Part shown: positions 9,014-18,375 of the stretch, one piece after another
Layout: each line of letters starts with the position of its first letter
Position numbering within the stretch: position 1 is the stretch's first letter
Assembly (NCBI GenBank): GCA_038065075.1
Contig: JBBTRQ010000008.1
Location: 11,960-75,959 of the forward strand
Reading direction: 5' to 3'
DNA length: 64,000 nt
DNA from: Patescibacteria group bacterium
Lineage (GTDB): Bacteria > Patescibacteriota > Patescibacteriia > UBA9934 > GWF2-40-263
The notes under the pieces: model-generated
Databases searched by the model: none
Told to the model about the DNA's origin: nothing
The model's input: the letters and a program-made list of their open reading frames with translations, nothing else
Translations under genes and position numbers: made by a program

Positions 9014-9247
9014 GCCGGCCTCTCGAGCTTCGCTCCACCACGCGTGAGCGCAGCTCAACGACCCCCGTGACTCACGCACCGACTCCCCGAGCGGTGACAT
9101 GAGCACGGGATTTTGATTTGTGGTCATGCAATCTCCCCCTCCTGAATTCAGGAGGGTGAACGTCTGGAGGGGTCTGAAAAGAAAAATCCCCGCGACAAAA
9201 TAAATATCGCCTCGAGTTCGTCGAATGGTGGCATGCGTTCTGAAGGG

Positions 9248-9574
9248 TTAGCCGGTTAGGCCGAGCCCTGCGAGGTAGCACACGGCAGCGATGTTCCCCA
9301 GGAGGGAATGGAGGGTGACGTGGAAGAGGATCCCGACTGACTCCCCCATGTCGTGGTGATTGGGAGTGCTGGTCTCCAGGGCGTAGGCGATGAAGAATGG
9401 GCTCATCATCGTCGGGATGATCGTGAAGATGGCTCCGGTGATCATCCCCAACCACCACTCGACACCGTGGATGTTCAGATGGTAGAGCCAAACGAGGCCA
9501 AACGGCAGAAGTGCGAAGAAGCAGCCGCAGGCCAAGGTAGAGATGGTGATTGCGTACCACTTGAGGTAGTTCAT
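9248..9574 (-). CDS. GC-rich orphan membrane protein (3 TM)
   Basis: AAGGGA upstream; promoter TTGACA-17-TACGCT at 9688-9660. Confidence 0.7.
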   Translation of the reverse strand: MNYLKWYAITISTLACGCFFALLPFGLVWLYHLNIHGVEWWLGMITGAIFTIIPTMMSPFFIAYALETSTPNHHDMGESVGILFHVTLHSLLGNIAAVCYLAGLGLTG

Positions 9575-9729
9575 GGTTTCCCTTCGAGTCTCGGCCTGCC
9601 GTCAGGCGGCGCGAGGGGTTGGGGGTTTCACGGACGGAATCTGCACGAAGCAGGGATCGAGCGTATCGAACAGAGATGTTTCTGTCAATCCGGTCGTTGG
9701 GGTACACTGGGCGCAACAGACTCTCCACT

Positions 9730-12384
9730 ATGCCTACACAAACTCGACCCACCTTTCTCATCCTCGACGGCAACGCGCTCTTGCACCGCGCCTGGCACGC
9801 CATTCCCCCGCTGACCACAAAAGACGGTTTGGTTGTGAACGCCGCCTATGGGTTCGCGATGATTCTCGAGAAGATGATCGAGACGCAGAAGCCCGAGTAC
9901 ATGGCCGTGGCGTGGGACGTGGAGGGCGGCACATTTCGGGATGAGATTTTCGCCGCCTACAAAGCGCAGCGCGAGAAGAAGGAACAGGAGCTCTACGACC
10001 AGATTCCGATCATCCAAAAAATTCTCGCCGCATTTGGGATTCCTTCGATTGAAGCGCCTGGATACGAGGCCGACGACATTATCGGCACGCTCTCGAAACG
10101 GGCGGCGGATCAGGGATTGCGAGCACTGATCGTCACGGGCGACCTCGACAGTCTCCAGTTGGTCGACGAAAACGTGCAGGTACTATTTTTTCAAAAAGGG
10201 ATTAGCGAGACAAAACTCTACGACGTCGAGGCGGTGAAGGAGCGTTATGGGCTTACAGTAGATCAACTCATCGATTACAAAGCCCTGCGTGGAGATCCAA
10301 GCGATAACATTCCCGGAGTGGCTGGTATCGGTGAAAAAACCGCGACGACCTTGTTGCAGAAGTATCACTCGATCGACGGGATCTACAAACACCTCGAGCA
10401 GATTGAGGAGAAGTACGCCAAAAAACTTCGGGGCCAAGAAAAGACCGTCGAGATCGCGCTCAAGCTCGTGACGATCGTGCGCGACATGAAGTTTCCGTTC
10501 ACGTTTGAAGAGGCCAAGCGCGGCGCGCCCGATTACGAGAAACTTCTTCCCCTCTATAAGGATCTCGAGTTTCGTACGCTGTTGAAAAAACATGGCGAGC
10601 CGATGAGTGATGATGGTGGCCGTGGTGGTGTCCAAGGTGGTAGCCCCAGGCTTCAGCCTGGGTCCGAGAAGGTTGTCACTCGAGTTCAAATTGTCCGAAC
10701 GATCGAGCAGATCCAGCCCAGGCTGAAGCCTGGGGCTACCATCGCCGTTCTCATTGCGGAGCAACCCGCAGATCTTTTCGGGGCGACTACCGCCGCGGTG
10801 GGAATTTACGACGGAAAGAACACCGTCGTTCTCCCCAACCCGTCACGCGAGGCGCTCGCGTCTGTCGCAGGCATCCTAGCGAAGGCTGATCGAGTCATCA
10901 CTCACGATCTCAAACATCTCATGCACCAGCTTGGGAGCGTTGTCGATCGCCCGGCGTTCGACACCATGATTGCGTCGTATCTCCTTGCCTCAGGTTCTCG
11001 AGCACATGATTTACCTGGCGCCATGCATGGGTTCCTCGGTCGGTCGGTGGAAGTGCCAGCGACGTTTGCGAAAGAAAAAGATTACGAGCGGTTTGGACAA
11101 GTTGTCGCGGCTCTTCCGGAGCTTGCACAAAGAATGGAGAAAGAACTCGAGAAGGCGGGATCCACGAAGGTCTTCGGGGAGATTGAAATGCCACTTATTC
11201 CCGTCCTCTATCACATGGAGGTCGAAGGGATTGAGCTTGATACCAAGAGCCTCGAAGTTTTTTCCGCGAGTCTCAAAAAGCGTATCGACGAACTTACCAA
11301 GAAGATCACTAAGCTCGCCGGCGTCGAGTTTAATCTCAACTCCCCTTCCCAACTTGCGGACGTCTTGTTTGTGACCATGGGACTCTCAACCAAAGGCATC
11401 AAGAAAACAAAAACAGGATTCTCTACCGCCGCGCCAGAACTCGAGAAACTGTGGGACGCTCATGAGATCATTCCCCTGCTCTCCGAGTATCGCGAGCTGA
11501 CGAAGTTGCAGTCGACCTATGTGGAGGCCCTTCCCAAACTCGTTGCCAAGGACGGTCGTGTGCATACCAGTTTCAATCAAACCGTTGCGGCCACGGGGCG
11601 TTTATCTTCGTCGGATCCGAACTTGCAGAACATTCCGATCAAGACAGATCTTGGTCGTGAGATTCGCAAGGCGTTTGTCGCGCCACGCGGAAAAATTCTC
11701 GTTGCGGCCGACTACAGTCAGATCGAATTGCGGCTCGCCGCGGTGATCGCAAAAGACAGACCGTTCATCCAGGCGTTTCAGGAAGGGGCGGACATTCATA
11801 CCCGCACAGCGGCTGAGGTATGGGATGTGAGTGAGGAGAAGGTTACAAAGGAACAACGTCGCGCGGCCAAAGCGATAAACTTCGGGATTCTCTACGGCAT
11901 GGGGCCACGGTCGCTCTCGCGATCGACTGGACTTTCAATGGAAGAAGCAAAACATTTTATCGAGCGTTACTTTGAGATCCACCACGCGATCCGTGACTAT
12001 CTCGACCAAACAAAATTGAAGGCGCACACGGACGGCTATGTTGAAACGATGTTTGGTCGACGACGGTATCTCCCCGAGATTCAGTCGGGCGTGCCGATGC
12101 TGGTTGCGAGTGCGGAGCGCATGGCGATCAACATGCCGGTGCAAGGGACGGCCGCGGATATCATGAAAATGGCGATGCTGCGCGTGGACGGTTGGCTTAC
12201 GCAAAGCCAGTGGCCGGCAAAGATGCTTTTGCAGGTGCATGACGAGCTGGTGCTGGAAGTCGACAAGGCGGCGATGGAACCGGTCGTGGCGGGAGTCAAA
12301 GAAATGATGGAGAGCGTGGCGAGCTTTGAGGTGTCGCTGGTTGTGGACATCGAAGTGGGAAAAAACTGGGGGGAGATGAAATAG
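9730..12384 (+). CDS. polA: DNA polymerase I
   Basis: 5'-3' exonuclease motifs (LILDGN, EADDIIG) and family A motifs DYSQIELR, KAINFGILYG, VHDE; CT-ATG start at 9730. Confidence 0.97.
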   Translation: MPTQTRPTFLILDGNALLHRAWHAIPPLTTKDGLVVNAAYGFAMILEKMIETQKPEYMAVAWDVEGGTFRDEIFAAYKAQREKKEQELYDQIPIIQKILAAFGIPSIEAPGYEADDIIGTLSKRAADQGLRALIVTGDLDSLQLVDENVQVLFFQKGISETKLYDVEAVKERYGLTVDQLIDYKALRGDPSDNIPGVAGIGEKTATTLLQKYHSIDGIYKHLEQIEEKYAKKLRGQEKTVEIALKLVTIVRDMKFPFTFEEAKRGAPDYEKLLPLYKDLEFRTLLKKHGEPMSDDGGRGGVQGGSPRLQPGSEKVVTRVQIVRTIEQIQPRLKPGATIAVLIAEQPADLFGATTAAVGIYDGKNTVVLPNPSREALASVAGILAKADRVITHDLKHLMHQLGSVVDRPAFDTMIASYLLASGSRAHDLPGAMHGFLGRSVEVPATFAKEKDYERFGQVVAALPELAQRMEKELEKAGSTKVFGEIEMPLIPVLYHMEVEGIELDTKSLEVFSASLKKRIDELTKKITKLAGVEFNLNSPSQLADVLFVTMGLSTKGIKKTKTGFSTAAPELEKLWDAHEIIPLLSEYRELTKLQSTYVEALPKLVAKDGRVHTSFNQTVAATGRLSSSDPNLQNIPIKTDLGREIRKAFVAPRGKILVAADYSQIELRLAAVIAKDRPFIQAFQEGADIHTRTAAEVWDVSEEKVTKEQRRAAKAINFGILYGMGPRSLSRSTGLSMEEAKHFIERYFEIHHAIRDYLDQTKLKAHTDGYVETMFGRRRYLPEIQSGVPMLVASAERMAINMPVQGTAADIMKMAMLRVDGWLTQSQWPAKMLLQVHDELVLEVDKAAMEPVVAGVKEMMESVASFEVSLVVDIEVGKNWGEMK
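10639..10740. repeat. inverted pair of 24-bp GTAG-type REPs inside polA
   Basis: GGTAGCCCCAGGCTTCAGCCTGGG (10639-10662) and its exact reverse complement (10717-10740). Confidence 0.88.
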
Positions 12385-12427
12385 AAAAAACCGCCTGTGC
12401 GAGCGATGCTCGGCAGGCGGTTCTGCG

Positions 12428-13033
12428 TTACGCCGCGTCGGGCGGCGGTGCGTCCGTGTAGTACTTGGCGATGGCTCGCGTGATCATGGCTTCGTCGGCT
12501 GCCCGGGCCTCGACGAGATAGCCGGTCAAGAACTTCACGTCGTCGAACGCGAAGATGTTCGTGAGGTCGACCATTGCGACCCACAGGACGCGGTCGTTCC
12601 CAGTGCCCGCGAGAGAGAACGCGATCAGCTGATGCTTGACCGCAACCTCCTTGGGAACCAGCCGCACCACCTCTGGATCGATCTCGAGCTTGTCCAGGTC
12701 GACCACTGGAGAGTTGCGCAGGCGCTCAAGGATTTCCAGAACGGGGAAGCGCCGATGCTCCCCGTCAGGCATGCGTGGCGCGGGGTTGTCAGCTCTGGCG
12801 TCCAGAGCCTCGACAGCGACTCGGTTCGCTTCGAGCTCCTTGCGCATCTCCAGCTCGCTTGCGTCCAGTGCCGCAATGAGCGCGTTCATGATCGGCATCA
12901 GCGCTCTGATACCGGCGTTCAAGTGCGGGTAGGACGTCACACCAGCCAGCTCCCGGTTGAGCCGCGCAAGCGTGTAGAGCTTGCTGATGACCTCTCCCCA
13001 CTTTTCTATCAAGACAGCGATTCTGTCAGTCAT
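12428..13033 (-). CDS. orphan with stand-alone PilB/GspE N-terminal (T2SSE_N) domain, no ATPase
   Basis: IDPEVVRLVPKEVAVKHQLI...VAMVDLTNIFAFDDVKFLTGY...AIAKYY; GGAGGT SD. Confidence 0.8.
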   Translation of the reverse strand: MTDRIAVLIEKWGEVISKLYTLARLNRELAGVTSYPHLNAGIRALMPIMNALIAALDASELEMRKELEANRVAVEALDARADNPAPRMPDGEHRRFPVLEILERLRNSPVVDLDKLEIDPEVVRLVPKEVAVKHQLIAFSLAGTGNDRVLWVAMVDLTNIFAFDDVKFLTGYLVEARAADEAMITRAIAKYYTDAPPPDAA

Positions 13034-13131
13034 GAACTAACACCTCCATTCCAGCCACATCCAATCATAATGCTCGATTCTTGGCAATGGACGTGGAGGT
13101 TATTTTGACACTGGGGTAACATGCCTCCACT

Positions 13132-14103
13132 ATGCTCATCTTTGTTTACGGCGAAGACGGCTTCCAAGCGAGGGAGAAGGTGCGGCAGCTCGTCGAGGCT
13201 TTTCGCGAAAAGTTCGATCCCACCGGTCTCAACGTGGCGCAGTTTCAAGGCGATAAAAAAGTGGACATCGGCGAAGTGCTGGGCGCCGTGCACGCCTCTC
13301 CTTTTTTGGGTCAGAAGCGTTTGGTGGTGATTGAGGGTTTGCTGGAGGCAACCAAGAAGGGCGAGATGGCGGTGTGGGCCGACGGATTCAAAAGAACGCC
13401 TGACTCGACGATTGTGATTTTTCATGAGTCGATCGACGCAAAGATGCTGGAGAAAAAGCCGCTCTTCCAAGAGCTTGCACACCAGGGGCAGACGCCCCGC
13501 TATGACTTCCCGCTCCTGCAAGGGACTGCGCTCAATGCCTGGGTGCAGGCGCGGATGAAGGAGCGCGGCGGAAGAATCGAACCCTCGGCGCTGCGAGCGC
13601 TCGTCCTGCGCGTGGGCGCGGACTTATGGCAAATGGACAATGAGATCGGGAAGCTCGTCGCGTATGCGGGAGACCAACCGATCACGGTCGCGACCGTGGA
13701 CGAGTTGGTGAGTGTGAGCTTTGAGGGAAAGATTTTTTCACTCATCGATGCGGTCTCGCAACGTCGACCCACCGAGGCGATTCGACTGTTACAAGAAGAA
13801 CGCTGGAGTGGCGCCAACGACCACTACTTGATGACGATGCTGGGGCGGCAAGTGCGAATCCTTTTGGGCGCACGCGCCATGCTCGATGAGAATCCCCGGG
13901 CGACAAAAGAAGAATTCGCCAACACACTCGACATCCATCCGTTCGTCGCCCAAAAGGCGCTCGCTCAGGCGCGTGGCTTTTCGCTCGAGCACCTCAAGGC
14001 AGTACACGAGTTGTTGTTTGAATTCGACGTTCAGATGAAATCAGGCGGTATCGATGCCGACTTGGCCGTCGACCTCACGACGGTGAAACTGACGCAGAAA
14101 TAA
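13132..14103 (+). CDS. holA: DNA polymerase III delta subunit
   Basis: IFVYGED, SPFLGQKRLVVI, EIGKL, IFSLIDA, HPFV and D-x2-KSG motifs. Confidence 0.93.
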   Translation: MLIFVYGEDGFQAREKVRQLVEAFREKFDPTGLNVAQFQGDKKVDIGEVLGAVHASPFLGQKRLVVIEGLLEATKKGEMAVWADGFKRTPDSTIVIFHESIDAKMLEKKPLFQELAHQGQTPRYDFPLLQGTALNAWVQARMKERGGRIEPSALRALVLRVGADLWQMDNEIGKLVAYAGDQPITVATVDELVSVSFEGKIFSLIDAVSQRRPTEAIRLLQEERWSGANDHYLMTMLGRQVRILLGARAMLDENPRATKEEFANTLDIHPFVAQKALAQARGFSLEHLKAVHELLFEFDVQMKSGGIDADLAVDLTTVKLTQK

Positions 14104-14137
14104 AACAGACCCTTCCGGATCCGTTTTTTCATGCCTT

Positions 14138-15478
14138 CTACAATTCAGGGCTCCATGTTTCTTCATGAGGCGTTGGTTTGTATCGTAGGCGTGCTCCATT
14201 TTTTTGAATAGATTTTAGTGCATCGATTAAGCGATCGATATCCTCCTTCGTATTGAAGATGCCGATACTTGCACGAACCGCTCCGTAGGAGGCTAGACGG
14301 TCTCCACCCTTGATTCGTTCCTCGATTTTTTTCTGGTCTTCATCACCTATCGCAAACCAACGGCGAACAAGACGGTGATTGCAGATCGTGCCTGCACGCG
14401 TTTCAATCCCGTATTCGTGATCGAGGATTGCGGCGAGCAGAGCATGATGATATCCCTTGAGGGTAAAGGGAAATGTCCCGATACGATCTCCCGAAAGAAA
14501 CTTTTCAAGTGGCACATGCAGAGTCAGATCCGGAATCGCCGCCAACCGTTTTGCTGTGTATTCAACGAGTTCTTTCTCGTGGCCTAGAATCGTTTTCCAA
14601 CCCATCGACATCATTCCACGACAACTTTCAGCGAGAGCAACGATCCCTGTTACGTTCCATGTTCCCGTTTGGTGGCGTTCTGTACTCGGGGCCCAGACGA
14701 TGTCTTTTTCAGAGATCATATCAATCGACCCGCCTCCGGGATCAACGGGCGAACGATCAAGGAGATCCTTTGGCAAGACAAGCACGCCTAATCCAAACGG
14801 CGAATAGATTTTGTGTGCCGAGAAGGCTAACGCGTCAATTCCCTGCTCTGTCATGTTGATCGGCCTATGTGGTGCGAGCTGTGCCGCATCCACGAAGAGT
14901 CGTGCTCCAGACGTATGAGCGATTTCAGACAAGCGTTTAATGTCCGGGACGTAGCCCGTCAGATTTGAGGCACCGGTGATCACGATCCACTTCAAGTTTT
15001 TTTCATGGAGCTTAGCTTTTTTTAGTAGGTCATTCATGTCGATCGATCCATCGCTAAATGCGGCCACCTCAACTATTTTTGCTTTTGTGTTGTACCGCCA
15101 CGGGAGGTTGTTCGAAGTATGTTCGATGCATGAGGTTAAAATGACGTCTTTTTCATTGAGAGTCATGAGTCGTGCAATGAGGTTGATCGCCGTACTTGTG
15201 TTTGAGGAAAAGAGCAATGTTTGTTCAGAAGATACACCCAGGAACTGACGAATGGTTGAGAGAGCCTTTTCGGTTGTTTCTACAGTTGCATTTGCATGAG
15301 GCCCAGCTCCACGGTGGAGTGCTCCATACGAATCGAAGAACGCGTGCAAGGCATCGACCGTCTGCACAAAGGGAGGAGTTGTTGCTGCATTGTTCAATTT
15401 TACTACCCTCACGCGCCCCCCGGTTAAGAGCTCGGTAAATGTATTCGATCCGGTAGTGATCGGCAGGACTTTTTCCAT
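14138..15478 (-). CDS. class V PLP aminotransferase / cysteine desulfurase-like
   Basis: LNNAATT, EHTSN, DAAQ, FSAHK (PLP lysine) and RAGTIC motifs. Confidence 0.9.
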   Translation of the reverse strand: MEKVLPITTGSNTFTELLTGGRVRVVKLNNAATTPPFVQTVDALHAFFDSYGALHRGAGPHANATVETTEKALSTIRQFLGVSSEQTLLFSSNTSTAINLIARLMTLNEKDVILTSCIEHTSNNLPWRYNTKAKIVEVAAFSDGSIDMNDLLKKAKLHEKNLKWIVITGASNLTGYVPDIKRLSEIAHTSGARLFVDAAQLAPHRPINMTEQGIDALAFSAHKIYSPFGLGVLVLPKDLLDRSPVDPGGGSIDMISEKDIVWAPSTERHQTGTWNVTGIVALAESCRGMMSMGWKTILGHEKELVEYTAKRLAAIPDLTLHVPLEKFLSGDRIGTFPFTLKGYHHALLAAILDHEYGIETRAGTICNHRLVRRWFAIGDEDQKKIEERIKGGDRLASYGAVRASIGIFNTKEDIDRLIDALKSIQKNGARLRYKPTPHEETWSPEL

Positions 15479-15482
15479 AGAG

Positions 15483-16190
15483 TTATTTTTTTGTGGCTAA
15501 GAGGAGAACGGTGTTCCATTTGGAAAACAGACGTTTCACGGTGCATCCAGCGTTTCGTATCCACTTCTCTTGATCCTCTATCGTTGCCAAGTTGTTTAGG
15601 TACATATGGTGATGTGCCCAATCACGAAGCATTGCACGAGTAGTCGCGTGCTCGACTAGATGGTGGTAGTGGTAGGCACTCTTTTCAGCGGCATCAATTT
15701 TGTTGTCGCGTGTCATGAGATCACCAAAAAGGAATATCCCGCCGGGCTTCAGAAGGTGGGCGATTTTTCTAAACAAGCGACGCTTACCAAGATGAGATAG
15801 ATGATGGATGCCTATGACAGAAACCACTACGTCGCAAGATCCATGGAGGCGGATCTTAGAAAAGTCACCAAGACGATACTTGATCCGGTGTGCTCCTAAG
15901 CGCTTTTTGGCGTGTGCGAGCATGGTCGACGAAAAGTCCACAACCTCGAATTCGGCGTTTGGAAATGCTGAGCGAATGAGAGACGCTGTGAGGCCTGTGC
16001 CAACTCCAAGCTCCAGGACATGAATTGACTGATTTGGACGGAAACGACGACGAAGGGTCCTTATGAGCGATTCGTGCATTTCTTTATGAAAAGGTATTGC
16101 AGATACGATGCCCCGATCGTATTTTCCCTTCGTGTAGTAGTGATAATTCAGGTCAGTTGGGAGGGCTGGTTGTTTTTCTTGTTTATTCAT
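15483..16190 (-). CDS. class I SAM-dependent methyltransferase
   Basis: VLELGVGTG, VDFS and LKPGG motifs. Confidence 0.9.
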   Translation of the reverse strand: MNKQEKQPALPTDLNYHYYTKGKYDRGIVSAIPFHKEMHESLIRTLRRRFRPNQSIHVLELGVGTGLTASLIRSAFPNAEFEVVDFSSTMLAHAKKRLGAHRIKYRLGDFSKIRLHGSCDVVVSVIGIHHLSHLGKRRLFRKIAHLLKPGGIFLFGDLMTRDNKIDAAEKSAYHYHHLVEHATTRAMLRDWAHHHMYLNNLATIEDQEKWIRNAGCTVKRLFSKWNTVLLLATKK

Positions 16191-16315
16191 AGCAAGGAAT
16201 ATTAGTCTAAAATTGTGAAATAGTCAATGATTCTAGTCATTTAGGATTGACAAATTGGCTAATCTAAAATAGAATATGAATATGATAAAATATTGTCGAA
16301 TCTTTTTGACGACAT

Positions 16316-17050
16316 ATGAGTGCAAAAGACTCTCTCGTTTCACTTGGATTATCAGTGCAAGAAGCTGATATTTACGTCGCCTTACTCAAACAAGGCGGAG
16401 CTTCTGCGAGTGTGCTTGCGCAGGACATCGGCATGAAACGCACTACGGTGTATGCGATCCTAAGGAATCTCACCGAAAAGGGGTTCTCTTCTGTATATTT
16501 TCGGCGCGGCAAGCGTGTTTTTCATGCTCAGAAACCACATAAAGTCGCCTCATTGGTAGAACAAAAACTGAAAAGCTTCAACGAGGCAATCCCTTTTTTA
16601 GAATCCATGGATCGATCCCAGGTCCAAAAACTGGGCCTTCGCTTTATTGAAAGTAAAAAGGAACTCGAAAGTTTCTATAATGAGGTCTTGATTGACCAGA
16701 AGAACAGGGGGTACCGTATTATCGGGAGCACTCCATCGTGGGAAGGCATCGACCCTGACTATTTTGTGAAATTCCGTGAGAAACGAGCTAAAGCAAATAT
16801 TCAAACAAGGCTACTCCTCACGGCCGAATCTAAGGAAGAAAGTCCGACCGATAAAGAGCTTCTTCGTCAGGTTCGCTTCCTACCAAAGCGTTATGACTTC
16901 AGGAGCACTTTAGACATCTTTGATGATAAGGTTCTTATCGTGAGTCCAGAGCTATCTTCTCTTGCTGTAATTGTTGCTGTGCCGGCAATGGTAGATATTT
17001 TCAATTCAATCTTTGAGATGCTTTGGGAGAATGTTGGGAGCAGTGAATAG
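16316..17050 (+). CDS. TrmB-family transcriptional regulator
   Basis: N-terminal wHTH (LGLS..EA.IY, RTTVY..L..L..KG) with PLD-like effector domain; divergent from the methyltransferase/aminotransferase pair. Confidence 0.88.
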   Translation: MSAKDSLVSLGLSVQEADIYVALLKQGGASASVLAQDIGMKRTTVYAILRNLTEKGFSSVYFRRGKRVFHAQKPHKVASLVEQKLKSFNEAIPFLESMDRSQVQKLGLRFIESKKELESFYNEVLIDQKNRGYRIIGSTPSWEGIDPDYFVKFREKRAKANIQTRLLLTAESKEESPTDKELLRQVRFLPKRYDFRSTLDIFDDKVLIVSPELSSLAVIVAVPAMVDIFNSIFEMLWENVGSSE

Positions 17051-17058
17051 ATATCAGC

Positions 17059-17127
17059 ATGAAATCAGGCGGTATCGATGCCGACTTGGCCGTCGACCTC
17101 ACGACGGTGAAACTGACGCAGAAATAA
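17059..17127 (+). repeat. exact 69-bp direct repeat of the holA 3' end (14035-14103)
   Basis: ATGAAATCAGGCGG...ACGCAGAAATAA is identical at both places. Confidence 0.97.
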
Positions 17128-17167
17128 GAAGAGGGGCATCACAAGGATGCCCCAGGGACAAAGGTTG

Positions 17168-17467
17168 ATGGGAGGAGGTCCATTGGCACCGTGCGTTGAC
17201 CAACCGGGCCGCAGGGGCGACCCTTTTCGACAAACATGAGGCGTACCTCGTAGTTTGTCGGAAGGACTAGGTCCTGGCCGACGCTTCACGACTTTCGCCG
17301 ACGCACTTAGGACGATGCTGTAAAACAGGTTTACAGCGAGGGTTGAAAACGGGAGTAAATCCGCTTTCGTCCGACCTGGGTTTTGCCCCAAGCCACACCC
17401 TTCTTATTTGACACCGGACTTTGGACACGGTGTCCCGAGCCGCCGGACTCCTCTTCCCATAAGGAAC
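17168..17467 (-). ncRNA. candidate ~300-nt multi-helix ncRNA of unknown family
   Basis: Closing stem, many nested helices, TGCTATACT promoter (17482-17474) and terminator (17153-17131); no convincing ORF. Confidence 0.6.
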
Positions 17468-17492
17468 GAAAACAGTATAGCACACTTGCTGT

Positions 17493-18257
17493 TTAAGGTT
17501 TGCCGATCTTCCAAAGATTTTCAAAAAGGTTTAGCTGTCCCTGAACGAGGTCGGCGTTTTTGATGCGAATGGCAGTCACGGGTTGAGTGGGAGTGGAGAA
17601 GATCATGTTTACGATCACTCCTGCCTCCGGATATATACGCACGCCAGACGGATTCTCGATGTCGTCTGGTAGGTAGCGGATGTCATAGAGGTCCAGTTGG
17701 TCGGCGAGATCCCTTTGGAGCATCTCGCGATGTGACTCGTATGAGATCATTTTGATGTGAATCCCCTGTGTGCGGATCGCCTTGTGGTAACGATCCCAGA
17801 TTTTTCGCATGGTGAGCTCCATGAACTCCTCACCGCCGGTTCCAAGAATGTAGGACGCTCCGCCTCTGGGGATTTTTCGGATCTGCTCGGTGAGGAGATT
17901 CAAGTAGGCTTCATTTCCCTCGTAGACCGTAATTTCTTGGATGGGGTGAACCGAAAGACTTGAAACCGCGCGGGCAATTTCTGTTGCAATCCTTTGTTTT
18001 TCTTCAAATTCTTGAACAACCACGCTAGGATCAGCAACGCTAAACTGCTTTTTTCCTTTGATTTGGCTCTCGAGGACGTACTTTTTCTCGATTAGATGCT
18101 CGAGAGAGGTATACACGACGTTTCGGTGGAGACCGGTTTTTTTGATGAGTGGTCCACTGGTCGACGTCCCAAGAAAGACCAGCTCAACATAAACCTGGCT
18201 CTCATGGTCAGTGAGGCCGAGCGATAAAAGGCTTAACCTTAAGGCTTTTTTGTCCAT
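17493..18257 (-). CDS. TrmB-family transcriptional regulator
   Basis: LGLTDHESQVY...HRNVVY..L..L..K wHTH; C-terminal FENLWK. Confidence 0.87.
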   Translation of the reverse strand: MDKKALRLSLLSLGLTDHESQVYVELVFLGTSTSGPLIKKTGLHRNVVYTSLEHLIEKKYVLESQIKGKKQFSVADPSVVVQEFEEKQRIATEIARAVSSLSVHPIQEITVYEGNEAYLNLLTEQIRKIPRGGASYILGTGGEEFMELTMRKIWDRYHKAIRTQGIHIKMISYESHREMLQRDLADQLDLYDIRYLPDDIENPSGVRIYPEAGVIVNMIFSTPTQPVTAIRIKNADLVQGQLNLFENLWKIGKP

Positions 18258-18282
18258 AACTTTATTCTATCACCTTTTTGGG

Positions 18283-18311
18283 TTGACAACAAGTAGATAA
18301 TGTGGTAGAGT
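18283..18311 (+). promoter_or_regulatory. sigma70-type promoter
   Basis: TTGACA-17-TAGAGT. Confidence 0.65.
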
Positions 18312-18375
18312 GTTGGGTCGAGTGAGGGATGTCCCCTTGCGAGATGCATTGCCAGACCACGAATCGGAGAATGAC

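Noticed and set aside
17168-17467. RNase P RNA, SRP RNA or tmRNA identity for the structured RNA
   Set aside because: No GAGGAAAGUCC P4 motif, the CAGG...AGCGG segment lacks the SRP GNRA loop, and there is no tRNA-like T-arm or CCA end.
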